From the sequence record MK524178.1: a DNA stretch of 64,000 nucleotides; one strand, 5' to 3'. A program made the translations under genes and the position numbers. Positions 8,877-17,518 of this stretch are shown piece by piece. Source of the stretch: Escherichia phage PHB12. Every line of letters begins with the position of its first letter. Position 1 is the first letter of the stretch. The notes under the pieces are model-generated. The model searched no databases. It was not told where the DNA came from and saw only the letters and a list, made by a program, of their open reading frames with translations.

Positions 8877-9878
8877 TTATTTCAGAAGTGTAACTTCAGA
8901 GATTTCCTCCCAACCGTCTTTATCAGTTGAAATAAAATCTGCTACATAAAGAGCCGTACGTAATGATACATTGCGAAGACGAGATACGTTAGCCTTCATC
9001 CAGGACAATGCTTTATACGTTTCTGCATCTGTCAGACCACGTTTCTGCATCATGTCAGTAGATAATATTACATCTTCAACTCGAACCATAATCTCTTCAT
9101 TAGAGTGTACTCCAAGGTCGAGATACACTGAACGAGATACTAAAGCTTGAAGGTGCGGGGCAAGCTTCGAACCGCGTTCTAACTCTTTATCGATATCAAC
9201 GTTTGTAATGAAAACGATAGTACCTTCAAACACAAATTCTTTATCAATACCCTTATCATCGAGATAAGACGACGCAGTGCTCCAGCAAACTTTGCGTTTA
9301 TCTCCAGTATCTAATGCTGCTTTAAGAAGGTTCAAGATGTCCATATCCGAGAATACGTCAACGTCGTCGATTAAGAGAACGCTGTCTGCATCACGGTTGA
9401 GCCAAAGTTGTTCGTAAAGGCCTATACCAGAGATTTTACCATTAATGCTTTTGTATTTGATGAAACCGTTATCATTAGCATTATTAAGCGCTTTATCCAG
9501 AGAATACGTCTTACCAATACCTGCTGCACCTGAAATAATGAGTGAACGAATTTTGCCATCGATAATGCCATTCGTCATCATGTTCATTACTTTAAAGCGT
9601 TTGTTGATACGAGTTTTCATATCTTCACTGCTTTCAACAACTGCAACTGGTGATGTCTCAGCTCCTTCCATTACGATGTCTGATTTGAAGACCCATACTC
9701 CACGTTCAGAACCATCAATCATAACGAAAATTTTACCATCACCTAAGTGGGAACATTCAGGATTAAGCTTTGCCGGGAACCATGTCTTTGTGGCAACATA
9801 AGAACCAGAGATTTCGTTATTACGATAGATACCTTTTTTGATTTGAACGTTGAACATTTTATTCTCCAATTTACTCAT
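8877..9878 (-). CDS. P-loop ATPase (AAA+-like core) with a 100-aa N-terminal extension, 333 aa
   Basis: Walker A ISGAAGIGKTYS, Walker B VLLIDDVD, sensor-1-like VFITNVD. Confidence 0.7.
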   Translation of the reverse strand: MSKLENKMFNVQIKKGIYRNNEISGSYVATKTWFPAKLNPECSHLGDGKIFVMIDGSERGVWVFKSDIVMEGAETSPVAVVESSEDMKTRINKRFKVMNMMTNGIIDGKIRSLIISGAAGIGKTYSLDKALNNANDNGFIKYKSINGKISGIGLYEQLWLNRDADSVLLIDDVDVFSDMDILNLLKAALDTGDKRKVCWSTASSYLDDKGIDKEFVFEGTIVFITNVDIDKELERGSKLAPHLQALVSRSVYLDLGVHSNEEIMVRVEDVILSTDMMQKRGLTDAETYKALSWMKANVSRLRNVSLRTALYVADFISTDKDGWEEISEVTLLK

Positions 9879-9926
9879 TTCGTTTCGATAGGTCTATAAT
9901 AACATGTTTAAAGCAAAAGTAAACAA

Positions 9927-10145
9927 TTATTTGCGACGAGATTTTTTGGTAAGAGGTTGAAAGAACACTGCTTTACCTGCAGGAGTCAAAGTAACTCGTA
10001 ATGCATTACCGATTCCCAAGGATGCTTTAACAAGACCTTTAGATTTCAGTTCACCGAATGCTTGACGTTGGTCTGCATCACGAGTGTTAACCATAAGACC
10101 TTTATCACCAGCTTCACGAATCATTTCTAACATTTTGGTTTTCAT
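9927..10145 (-). CDS. small winged-helix-like protein (about 72 aa from the internal ATG)
   Basis: Internal ATG preceded by SD GAGGAG; helix-turn-helix-like MLEMIREAGDKGLMVNTRDADQRQAFGELKSKGLV. Confidence 0.5.
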   Translation of the reverse strand: MKTKMLEMIREAGDKGLMVNTRDADQRQAFGELKSKGLVKASLGIGNALRVTLTPAGKAVFFQPLTKKSRRK

Positions 10146-10230
10146 TTTGTTCTCCTCTTGTTTTGATAGGTCTATAATAACATATCCTAAAAGCATGTAC
10201 ACCACTTTTTAAAAATATTTTGACCCCCTA

Positions 10231-10248
10231 AAGGGCCCGAAGGCCCTT
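10231..10248 (-). terminator. GC-rich hairpin just downstream of the nucleotidyltransferase gene
   Basis: AAGGGCC-cgaa-GGCCCTT perfect 7-bp stem with tetraloop, followed by a U-containing tract on the minus transcript. Confidence 0.5.
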
Positions 10249-10249
10249 A

Positions 10250-11239
10250 TCATTTATAGTACGAATTGTGGTTTTCTAAGTAGACTTGCTCAAGGAAATC
10301 ATCCCAGAAACTCATATCTACTTTTTGTTGCATACCGTTCTTGGCAGCTTGTTCTGATGCTTGTTCAACTTTGTCAACGATATCTTCTAGGAATTCTTGT
10401 ACAGTTTTAAACGTATGTTTACCAAGCTTAACATCTAGAATAAATGGAGCATCCCGAAGTGGGTAAACCAGGTCGCCGGTTTTATAAATTTCTAATAGTT
10501 GAAGTCCACCACGACATGCATGACTCAATGCTTTCCAGTCAATACCTTCGTTAGCTTCTGCCTTACGAGCACGTTCGCCATAGTTCTCTTCCAGTTTAAC
10601 CAGGATGGCATTGAACTCTTTATTGGTTAATGTGTCTTGGAATTTACGGTCTAACAGATTATAGAACGTTTGCTTACCTGTTTTCTCGTTTTCGGTTTCA
10701 ACCCACGAAGCAAATTCACCTACGGGCAGAACATTCTTCATATGTGATAAACGAATTACTGCACCATTATCAAAGTATTGTCCCCATTCGTTAGAACGTT
10801 TAAGGGCTTGTCGAAGAACAGCCAGTCGAGAACCCTTGACACCATATTTAGAAGCTTGCTTACGGACATACCCTAAATAAGATTTCATGTTAGTAGTATA
10901 GAAACGAGACCTGTTGTCTTGAATATACTTCCACACGTCAGGCAAATCAGATTTAACTACTAGACTTTGCGGAGTGTGAAGCATATCTAATGCGACAGTT
11001 TCACCATCCATAGCTAGTTTAAAGAAATATTTGAGACTATACAACTCGTGGTCCACGTCGTCTTTTGTGTTCTTAGAAGATGTGTTATTCGTGTTCTTGC
11101 TCATGTGTTCTTTAACGTTACCAGTCAAGATATCACGAGCATGAGGGACATAAATTTCTTTAAAATCGACGTCAGATTCAGGAGTAGACGTTCCATAAAG
11201 GTGACTACCAAAGTAGCCTTTCATAATTGTTTTCATCAT
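10250..11239 (-). CDS. Pol-beta-superfamily nucleotidyltransferase, 329 aa
   Basis: N-terminal GS-x9-SDVDF motif (YFGSHLYGTSTPESDVDF) typical of minimal nucleotidyltransferases. Confidence 0.65.
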   Translation of the reverse strand: MMKTIMKGYFGSHLYGTSTPESDVDFKEIYVPHARDILTGNVKEHMSKNTNNTSSKNTKDDVDHELYSLKYFFKLAMDGETVALDMLHTPQSLVVKSDLPDVWKYIQDNRSRFYTTNMKSYLGYVRKQASKYGVKGSRLAVLRQALKRSNEWGQYFDNGAVIRLSHMKNVLPVGEFASWVETENEKTGKQTFYNLLDRKFQDTLTNKEFNAILVKLEENYGERARKAEANEGIDWKALSHACRGGLQLLEIYKTGDLVYPLRDAPFILDVKLGKHTFKTVQEFLEDIVDKVEQASEQAAKNGMQQKVDMSFWDDFLEQVYLENHNSYYK

Positions 11240-11709
11240 TTAGCCTTATATTCAAGAGTAGGACAGACTTTTTCTTTACGAGCTTTAAGGTATTCACCTA
11301 TTAATGATTTCTTACGTTCAATAGGCTCAAGTCCATTTTTAATTCGTTCTTGGTTTTTCGCAATGAGCTCGATTTCTTTATAATATTTTCTGTCGTTATA
11401 TTTGTCTAACAACCAAGACGGACCAATTATCAACCCGGCAGCAATAAAAGCCATGACTGCTACTATTAAAATGCCTACGCCAATTGAGGCTGGAACTAAT
11501 GTCCATAGACTGCTAAAAACAAAGAATTTAGTTAAAATTTCCTGGCCAATGATTACGACTGCTGCTAAAATCGCAAATCCGATAATTGAAACAGACAATA
11601 CCGGGATTAACGTTTTCCAAAAATAAGCACACAACGTTTTCGGGCGATTCCATGTACTATTGAACGCGGCATAAATTTTAAAGTGCCAAGAGTTTTCATT
11701 GATAATCAT
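11236..11709 (-). CDS. multi-pass membrane protein, 157 aa
   Basis: Three hydrophobic segments, then a charged C-terminus. Confidence 0.55.
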   Translation of the reverse strand: MIINENSWHFKIYAAFNSTWNRPKTLCAYFWKTLIPVLSVSIIGFAILAAVVIIGQEILTKFFVFSSLWTLVPASIGVGILIVAVMAFIAAGLIIGPSWLLDKYNDRKYYKEIELIAKNQERIKNGLEPIERKKSLIGEYLKARKEKVCPTLEYKAK

Positions 11710-11718
11710 AATAATTCC

Positions 11719-12249
11719 TTATTTCAAAGTCGGGATAATAGAATCAAGATAAGCTTTAAGAGCAACTGCTTCATCTTTGTCTAATGTAATGATATGTTGA
11801 CGAAGGTCATCAATTTGACGAATAACTACGACATCACCATCTTCATAAGAAGGATTAACGCCTAAGACCGTTGTAGAGTCAGAGTTGGCCGGATTTGTAA
11901 TAAAAGCATTACGGCATTTAGCCCATTGAAGTTTGGCCTTTTTGGCTGTTTCAGATTCCACGAATTCTTTCACCTTAGTGACGAATGTTTTCCAATTATT
12001 AATAGAAAAACATTCGTCTTCAGTTTCGATATTAACCCCACTATAAAGTCCATGATAAAAACGAACTTGAAGGTCTTCGTCAATGTTAATTACAGATGCA
12101 TGGCCCGGTGGATTGAGTTTCAAAATCTTGTCCAGTTCCATAGGAAGAATAGTAACCGCATCATCTTCTTGTGTCAGAACGTAAGCACAACCACGTTTTT
12201 CTATACATAAATCACCAAACAACTCAGTCGTTTCAATTACCGTTTTCAT
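11719..12249 (-). CDS. hypothetical protein (about 176 aa from the ATG at 12249)
   Basis: ORF track frame; ORF-track start is TTG, first ATG gives MKTVIETTELF.... Confidence 0.55.
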   Translation of the reverse strand: MKTVIETTELFGDLCIEKRGCAYVLTQEDDAVTILPMELDKILKLNPPGHASVINIDEDLQVRFYHGLYSGVNIETEDECFSINNWKTFVTKVKEFVESETAKKAKLQWAKCRNAFITNPANSDSTTVLGVNPSYEDGDVVVIRQIDDLRQHIITLDKDEAVALKAYLDSIIPTLK

Positions 12250-12250
12250 A

Positions 12251-12432
12251 TTATTCACCAATTAAAGTTTCAACAAAATTCACTAAATCATTCTGACAAG
12301 CATCAACCTGATTTTCATAAAAATCTCCGTTATCATTTACCGCGTGATAAGCTACATCATTCAAATCTGAATCGGCTTCACGTAAGTCACGGATAAGGTC
12401 CATCAATTTATTAGCTTGTTCACGGGTCATTT
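12251..12432 (-). CDS. small ORF, about 59 aa, below the ORF-track cutoff
   Basis: Manual translation MTREQANKLMDLIRDLREADSDLNDVAYHAVNDNGDFYENQVDACQNDLVNFVETLIGE; stop abuts the downstream start. Confidence 0.4.
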
Positions 12433-12594
12433 TACCATACTCGTTTCAATAAGATTCACTATGCCGTTTACCATGTTATAAGTAAACATCGGATAATTGT
12501 ATTGTACTACAACATAAGCGATAAGCAAAAGTTTCATTTTGTTCTCCATTTGTTTTGGTAGGATTACTATATCATAGTCCTACCAAGACGTAAA

Positions 12595-12801
12595 CTACCG
12601 ATTGTGTTTTAAATGTTGATAAAGCTCTTCAACTTGTTTAGGGTCCAAAACAATTAAGTCATTTTCTTGGCGAAGATAAATCCATCCCTTATCCCCAGGA
12701 CCATTTTTACAAAACATCACCACCGTATCATCATCTTCAGCGCTTTCAGGTAAAAGTTCAAGTACACCGTCTTCAGATTTTCCAGTATAATCGTAAAGCA
12801 T
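12595..12801 (-). CDS. hypothetical small acidic protein (about 68 aa)
   Basis: ORF track frame; ATG at 12801 preceded by SD GAGGT. Confidence 0.5.
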   Translation of the reverse strand: MLYDYTGKSEDGVLELLPESAEDDDTVVMFCKNGPGDKGWIYLRQENDLIVLDPKQVEELYQHLKHNR

Positions 12802-12808
12802 AATGACC

Positions 12809-12988
12809 TCACATAATCTCGTTAACATACATTTGCAATTCGGTGTGGGCAGATGCCATCTTTTTCATTGCCTTATTGATATCGATATCACCGTCTTCAC
12901 ACCCGTGGGCATTTTCCCAATCGGATACAGCGTTAGCGTACTCTTCAATCAAAAACATTAACTTAGAAATTTTTTCTTTACGTGACAT
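12809..12988 (-). CDS. hypothetical small protein (about 59 aa)
   Basis: ATG at 12988 preceded by SD GAGGAG and an early-promoter cassette. Confidence 0.5.
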   Translation of the reverse strand: MSRKEKISKLMFLIEEYANAVSDWENAHGCEDGDIDINKAMKKMASAHTELQMYVNEIM

Positions 12989-13060
12989 AACGTTCTCCTC
13001 TAGTAAGTAAGGTCTACTATAACACAACCTGAGGAGAAGTAAACTGCTAAATGCAAAAAA

Positions 13061-13086
13061 AGCCCCAACCTTTCGGAAGGGGCTTT
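13061..13086 (-). terminator. hairpin terminator (copy 1 of a 28-nt direct repeat)
   Basis: AGCCCC...GGGGCT stem with U-tract on the minus transcript (and a T-tract on plus). Confidence 0.55.
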
Positions 13087-13088
13087 GA

Positions 13089-13646
13089 TTAGTTTTTGTA
13101 ATATCGTAAAGGGTTGATATGGAATGAAAGCATTGCGCGTGGAATAGGACGACTCAAAAGACTCTTAAGTTTCCAACCACAATAAACACGCAGATAAAAT
13201 GTAATACCACCAACCTTAAGATAAGGTATAGCAGCGAATAATCCCCATGCAGACTCGTTCCAAACTAAAAGATATCCATGATGTGCCGGATCAGGAGATC
13301 CAGATTTAGTTTCGGCGTTGCCTTTATAGTGCCATTCTGATGAAGCTTCGCGACCTAAAACATGATACGAAAAATTATATGCTTTGTTGCGCCATAGCCA
13401 AGCTACGCGTTGAGCATATTTACCTATAACAGGAATTTTACGTATTTTAGACCAACGTTCAACATGGCCGCGGTCACCATCGATAGGATTATCGTAAGTC
13501 ATCATCCAGTCAAAGCCATAAGGTAGTTTACCGGTTTTTTCACTATGGAATGGAACTACAAATGGTGCTAGAATAATTGCTAAAATCGCTGCGATCCAAT
13601 CTATAGGAACAAGAACAACCCAACTTATATATTTTAAAAATTTCAT
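13089..13646 (-). CDS. membrane-anchored protein at the rI.-1 position, 185 aa
   Basis: N-terminal TM segment; minus-sense TATAAATA (late promoter consensus) and SD GAGAGGA immediately upstream. Confidence 0.6.
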   Translation of the reverse strand: MKFLKYISWVVLVPIDWIAAILAIILAPFVVPFHSEKTGKLPYGFDWMMTYDNPIDGDRGHVERWSKIRKIPVIGKYAQRVAWLWRNKAYNFSYHVLGREASSEWHYKGNAETKSGSPDPAHHGYLLVWNESAWGLFAAIPYLKVGGITFYLRVYCGWKLKSLLSRPIPRAMLSFHINPLRYYKN

Positions 13647-13683
13647 ATATCCTCTCTTAGTTTACAAGGATATTTATACAAAA

Positions 13684-13706
13684 AGCCCCAACCTTTCGGA
13701 AGGGGC
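13684..13706 (-). terminator. hairpin terminator downstream of rI (copy 2 of the 28-nt repeat)
   Basis: Same CAAAAAGCCCCAACCTTTCGGAAGGGGC sequence as at 13055-13082. Confidence 0.55.
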
Positions 13707-13713
13707 AGGTAAA

Positions 13714-14016
13714 TTAGATAGATGTAGGCTCTAATTTTATTTTCATGAACTCGGCAAATTGTCTGGCAGTTTTTATGCCTTGTTCATGACATTCAAATGC
13801 ATCATCACAGGGGCTATTTTTGTAATGCTTTACCATATACTTATAGAATTTTTCAGAATTCTCGACATTTTGAATTTCAAACAAAGTATATACGTTTTTA
13901 ATCCCTGATTCCATAAAGTTATCAAAATATGGGTCGGTATACGCAGTGCCAACGATAGGAGTTGTTGCTGCAAAAAACCCCAGCATCGCCACAATGGCTA
14001 TCGCTCTTAAGGCCAT
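13714..14016 (-). CDS. rI: lysis inhibition regulator (antiholin)
   Basis: 100 aa; signal-anchor N-terminus and FMESGI...YKN.PC motifs resemble T4 RI as recalled. Confidence 0.85.
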   Translation of the reverse strand: MALRAIAIVAMLGFFAATTPIVGTAYTDPYFDNFMESGIKNVYTLFEIQNVENSEKFYKYMVKHYKNSPCDDAFECHEQGIKTARQFAEFMKIKLEPTSI

Positions 14017-14028
14017 ATAGGCCTCCTG

Positions 14029-14241
14029 TTAATTTTGGCCAGTATTTATTTTTCGCCTTTGGACGGCCTTAACATCTGCGAGGTATTTTTCCAGCTTACG
14101 CTTACGAGTATAATCTGCTTTAGAACCGGTTTGACGGATATCCTCATTTAAATGAGAAATAGAATGTCCTAATTCTCTTCGGATTTCATCCAATTGGGTT
14201 ACAGTAAGATTACGAAGTTGTCTTTCGTTTAATTGCTGCAT
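14029..14241 (-). CDS. hypothetical protein at the rI.1 position, 70 aa
   Basis: ORF track; sits between rI and tk. Confidence 0.5.
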   Translation of the reverse strand: MQQLNERQLRNLTVTQLDEIRRELGHSISHLNEDIRQTGSKADYTRKRKLEKYLADVKAVQRRKINTGQN

Positions 14242-14268
14242 ATATACCTCTTGGTTAGATATTAGTAT

Positions 14269-14850
14269 TTATAACAACCCTGTCAAATCATTCCAATGCT
14301 TCCGGCATAATGACACATATCTATCGGTGTCACCAATTTCAATTTGACTGCCATCTGTAATTGGAAGTCCGTCTTCAGTGACTCTAGCTACCATTGTGGC
14401 CTTTTTACCACAATGACAGACACCTTTAAGTTCAACAAGCTTATCGGCAATAGCCATTAATGCTTGAGAACCTTCAAATAGATTACCTTTAAAATCTGTT
14501 CGTAGTCCATATGCCATTACCGGCACATTGTATACGTCAACAATACGACTAAGTTGATACACCTTTTCAGTAGTTAAGAACTGAGCTTCGTCAACAAATA
14601 CACAATGAATATCCTTTTGTGCTGCAGCCCATTTATAGAATTCAAAGATATCCATGTCTTTTGTAATTATATTGGCGTCCTGACGAATACCAATACGAGA
14701 GACTATTTCACCTTTTGAATCGCGAGTATCAATAGCCGGTTTAAGAACTAATACACCCATGCCACGTTCTTTATAGTTATGTGCGGCAGTAAGTAATGAA
14801 GCAGACTTACCAGCGTTCATAGCGGCATATGTAAAAATTAAACTAGCCAT
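14269..14850 (-). CDS. tk: thymidine kinase
   Basis: 193 aa; P-loop MNAGKSASLL and C-terminal zinc cysteines (CHCGKKAT...CRKH). Confidence 0.92.
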   Translation of the reverse strand: MASLIFTYAAMNAGKSASLLTAAHNYKERGMGVLVLKPAIDTRDSKGEIVSRIGIRQDANIITKDMDIFEFYKWAAAQKDIHCVFVDEAQFLTTEKVYQLSRIVDVYNVPVMAYGLRTDFKGNLFEGSQALMAIADKLVELKGVCHCGKKATMVARVTEDGLPITDGSQIEIGDTDRYVSLCRKHWNDLTGLL

Positions 14851-15040
14851 AAGAGTCCTTAGTTAAATTTTCTAAATATGTTTCTAAATCATTTTCAGCT
14901 TTATCGATAGATTTTACTAATTCGTAGTATGTTTCAGCATCTCCATAATCCGAAGCCAATTCAAAAGATAAATCTCGTTCTAAACCAATAATTTCGCTGA
15001 TTAAAAATCGTATTTCATTCTTTTGTTCGCGAGTAATCAT
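14843..15040 (-). CDS. small acidic protein, 65 aa
   Basis: ORF track; translationally overlapped with its neighbours. Confidence 0.5.
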   Translation of the reverse strand: MITREQKNEIRFLISEIIGLERDLSFELASDYGDAETYYELVKSIDKAENDLETYLENLTKDSYG

Positions 15041-15228
15041 AAGGAATTTATATAATCAATAAGTTCTTGTTCTTTATCGTCGAAATCTTTACACAGTTCT
15101 TCATATTCATCGGTATTAAAAGGACCGCATTCATCACAAACTTTTTCCAATTCATTGTTTTTATCCATAACTTCATGAATAAGAGAAAACAGTCTGTCTT
15201 TTTGTTCTTTGCTTAAACTCATAACCAT
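15037..15228 (-). CDS. small acidic protein, 63 aa
   Basis: ORF track; overlapping start and stop with neighbours. Confidence 0.5.
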   Translation of the reverse strand: MVMSLSKEQKDRLFSLIHEVMDKNNELEKVCDECGPFNTDEYEELCKDFDDKEQELIDYINSL

Positions 15229-15446
15229 GTCACCTTTAAGCAGTATTCTTCTACATGTTGTTTACGACCTTTCTTATCAATAAAGGTATATTCAACGAAT
15301 GTTCCAATGTAGTCTTTATCTACATCATGTGGACTATTAATTGGGCATTTAGTACGACAAATGCGTTCCCATTGACGAATAATTACTGCCTTATTCTTTG
15401 GGTCGTATGGATGTGGATAATGTATATTCATAATAATGGTTCCCAA
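15219..15446 (-). CDS. small protein, 75 aa
   Basis: ORF track. Confidence 0.5.
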   Translation of the reverse strand: MGTIIMNIHYPHPYDPKNKAVIIRQWERICRTKCPINSPHDVDKDYIGTFVEYTFIDKKGRKQHVEEYCLKVTWL

Positions 15447-15925
15447 TCAACAATCACAATTTCTAGTTTAGTGGAATACGTATCTAAAATCTCTTCGATG
15501 ACAACCCAGTTTCCACCACCGATACCTGCACCAATTCTTGGCATATAAATTACAGGCTTTGTTATCTTATTCTTTCCGAATTCATTTAATTCTATTATAC
15601 AATTCATTAAAGCAAAGTACTCAAAATTAGGTCCCGGCTCAAACTGTGTATAAAGATTAAAGCAATAAGCTTTATGGGTCTTAAAATATTTTTCATAAAC
15701 CGAATAAGTCCCGAGTTTAGACTCGTCTCCGAATTCGGTTTGAAGTTTATCGGCTTCTAAAATTTTTGGATAAGCCTTTGCTAATTGTCCTGCCACACCA
15801 GCGCCCATTGTATGAAAACAATTACACCCATGAGCAATATTATTACCTTTAGAAAACAGGGCGACAATATCGCCCTTGATATAGTTTTTAATCACTTGCT
15901 GCAAGTCCTCTAGTATAAGAGTCAA
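15428..15925 (-). CDS. macro-domain-like protein (possible ADP-ribose binding or hydrolase), 165 aa
   Basis: Glycine-rich loops GNNIAHGCNC...MGAGVAGQLAKA and PRIGAGIGGGNW resemble macro-domain signatures; motif-level only. Confidence 0.4.
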   Translation of the reverse strand: MTLILEDLQQVIKNYIKGDIVALFSKGNNIAHGCNCFHTMGAGVAGQLAKAYPKILEADKLQTEFGDESKLGTYSVYEKYFKTHKAYCFNLYTQFEPGPNFEYFALMNCIIELNEFGKNKITKPVIYMPRIGAGIGGGNWVVIEEILDTYSTKLEIVIVDWEPLL

Positions 15926-16235
15926 CTAGACGGTCCACCATAGAATTGCATGCTGCCTTATCTTTAGGTTCCGCCACCGAGCATTCTAATATTTGCCATT
16001 TTTTATGATATCGTTTAATTAAGGTAGACGCCTTGAACCTACTAGACGCCCCATCTTTTTCTCCGTCTTTATATGCGTATAACAATTTTTGTGAAAAATC
16101 TACTTTACACTCTTGACTTTTACCACAATAATCAGATGCCGTTCTGTTTGTATACTCCGTTACATCAGTATATGTAGTATTAGCAAGAGCGTTAAATGAA
16201 ACCAAGCCAACTATTAAAGCCAACATTTTGGTCAT
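15888..16235 (-). CDS. secreted protein with signal peptide, 115 aa
   Basis: N-terminal signal-like MTKMLALIVGLVSFNALA. Confidence 0.5.
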   Translation of the reverse strand: MTKMLALIVGLVSFNALANTTYTDVTEYTNRTASDYCGKSQECKVDFSQKLLYAYKDGEKDGASSRFKASTLIKRYHKKWQILECSVAEPKDKAACNSMVDRLVDSYTRGLAASD

Positions 16236-16774
16236 TCTTTTATTTCCAGTAGTTTATTTGATTTAAGGTAATTAGCCTTTTCTAGGACTTCAGAAGCATA
16301 TTTACTTCCAGCACTTGTCTTCCATCCCGCATTATATGAGGATATAGCTTTTCTTATATCCCCGTTATGTATATTTAACCAATAAGAAAATTCGATATAA
16401 GCCCATCTGGCTGAATTAGACCGCTTAGATAGCATTTTCTTAATTTGGGCATCAGTCATATTATAACCAAGCTGGTTAATTCTTGCCCTCATTGTCGGTA
16501 GATAATTTTGGAACATTCCATACGCATGGTGACCTTTCTTATCTTTAAGATTAATACCGGCAGATGATTCCTGCCATAGTATTGCGGCCATTATGTATCC
16601 AAGTCCTTTCTTATGCATATTTTCATGCGTTTTAAATTTTCCATCCTTAGAAAACTGTTCCCCAAACTGATAAGCATAATTCAAGTTATCGAGTTGGACA
16701 TTACTAAAAGTATGCTCGGAGCTATGTGCTGATAACGAAAGAGCAAATAGACCAGCGAGTAGTGCTTTTCTCAT
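16232..16774 (-). CDS. secreted lytic-transglycosylase-like protein, 180 aa
   Basis: Signal peptide plus SLT-type catalytic motif AILWQESSAG. Confidence 0.6.
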   Translation of the reverse strand: MRKALLAGLFALSLSAHSSEHTFSNVQLDNLNYAYQFGEQFSKDGKFKTHENMHKKGLGYIMAAILWQESSAGINLKDKKGHHAYGMFQNYLPTMRARINQLGYNMTDAQIKKMLSKRSNSARWAYIEFSYWLNIHNGDIRKAISSYNAGWKTSAGSKYASEVLEKANYLKSNKLLEIKE

Positions 16775-16782
16775 GTTTACCT

Positions 16783-17241
16783 CTAGATTTTAATCACTGC
16801 TTTAGAAGCTTTTCCTGGTAGTCGTTTATTGTTAATAATAGCCATTCTGCATTGAAGAGTCTTCATTTTGAATGCTGGATTTTCACGACAAACTGTAAGT
16901 CCTAACCAAAGATTTCCATCAGTTATTTCTAAACGGCCTGGGCGATATTCGACACCTTCGACAAAATCTTCATCAACATCTGGACGGGCCGGCATTGATA
17001 AAAATTCTGCAACTTCTTTAACATGATTTTTTACTTTACGAAATAATTCAAAAACGTAGTTCTCATCTATTTCTCTCTGGATGGCACGATCTAAGAGATG
17101 TTGAGAATACTTGATATGAAAGCCTGGTAGTCCAAGAGACTTTGCAGCATCTTTTATACCGGCATTTATTTTGCGGAACTCCGTTTCAAAGATTCGACGG
17201 AGTTTATTACGGCGGATAAAAACGTCTGAATTGATAGTCAT
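16783..17241 (-). CDS. regB: RegB site-specific endoribonuclease
   Basis: 152 aa; MTINSDVFIRRNKLRR...LQCRMAIINNKRLPGKASKAVIKI closely matches T4 RegB as recalled. Confidence 0.9.
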   Translation of the reverse strand: MTINSDVFIRRNKLRRIFETEFRKINAGIKDAAKSLGLPGFHIKYSQHLLDRAIQREIDENYVFELFRKVKNHVKEVAEFLSMPARPDVDEDFVEGVEYRPGRLEITDGNLWLGLTVCRENPAFKMKTLQCRMAIINNKRLPGKASKAVIKI

Positions 17242-17302
17242 TTTGATTTCTCCTCTAGTTGACAGGTCTATAGTAACACAACTAGAGGAGAAGTAAACTA
17301 CT

Positions 17303-17518
17303 TTATTGATAAAATGGAGTTAAAGCCCAAGATTCTTTAGATACCATGTTGGCGAAATGCCTCATCTCTTCGATTTGGCGACGACGCTGGTCAGCATAGT
17401 CTTCTTCGCCTTCTTCCTTACAATCTTCAAGGTCTTCTTCAAGATACTTTAAGTATTCACTACAAATTTTGTTGACCTTTTCTTGAAAGTCCAATAACCC
17501 AGTAATAGTAGAAGCCAT
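17303..17518 (-). CDS. small acidic protein, 71 aa
   Basis: ORF track; own early-promoter cassette upstream. Confidence 0.5.
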   Translation of the reverse strand: MASTITGLLDFQEKVNKICSEYLKYLEEDLEDCKEEGEEDYADQRRRQIEEMRHFANMVSKESWALTPFYQ

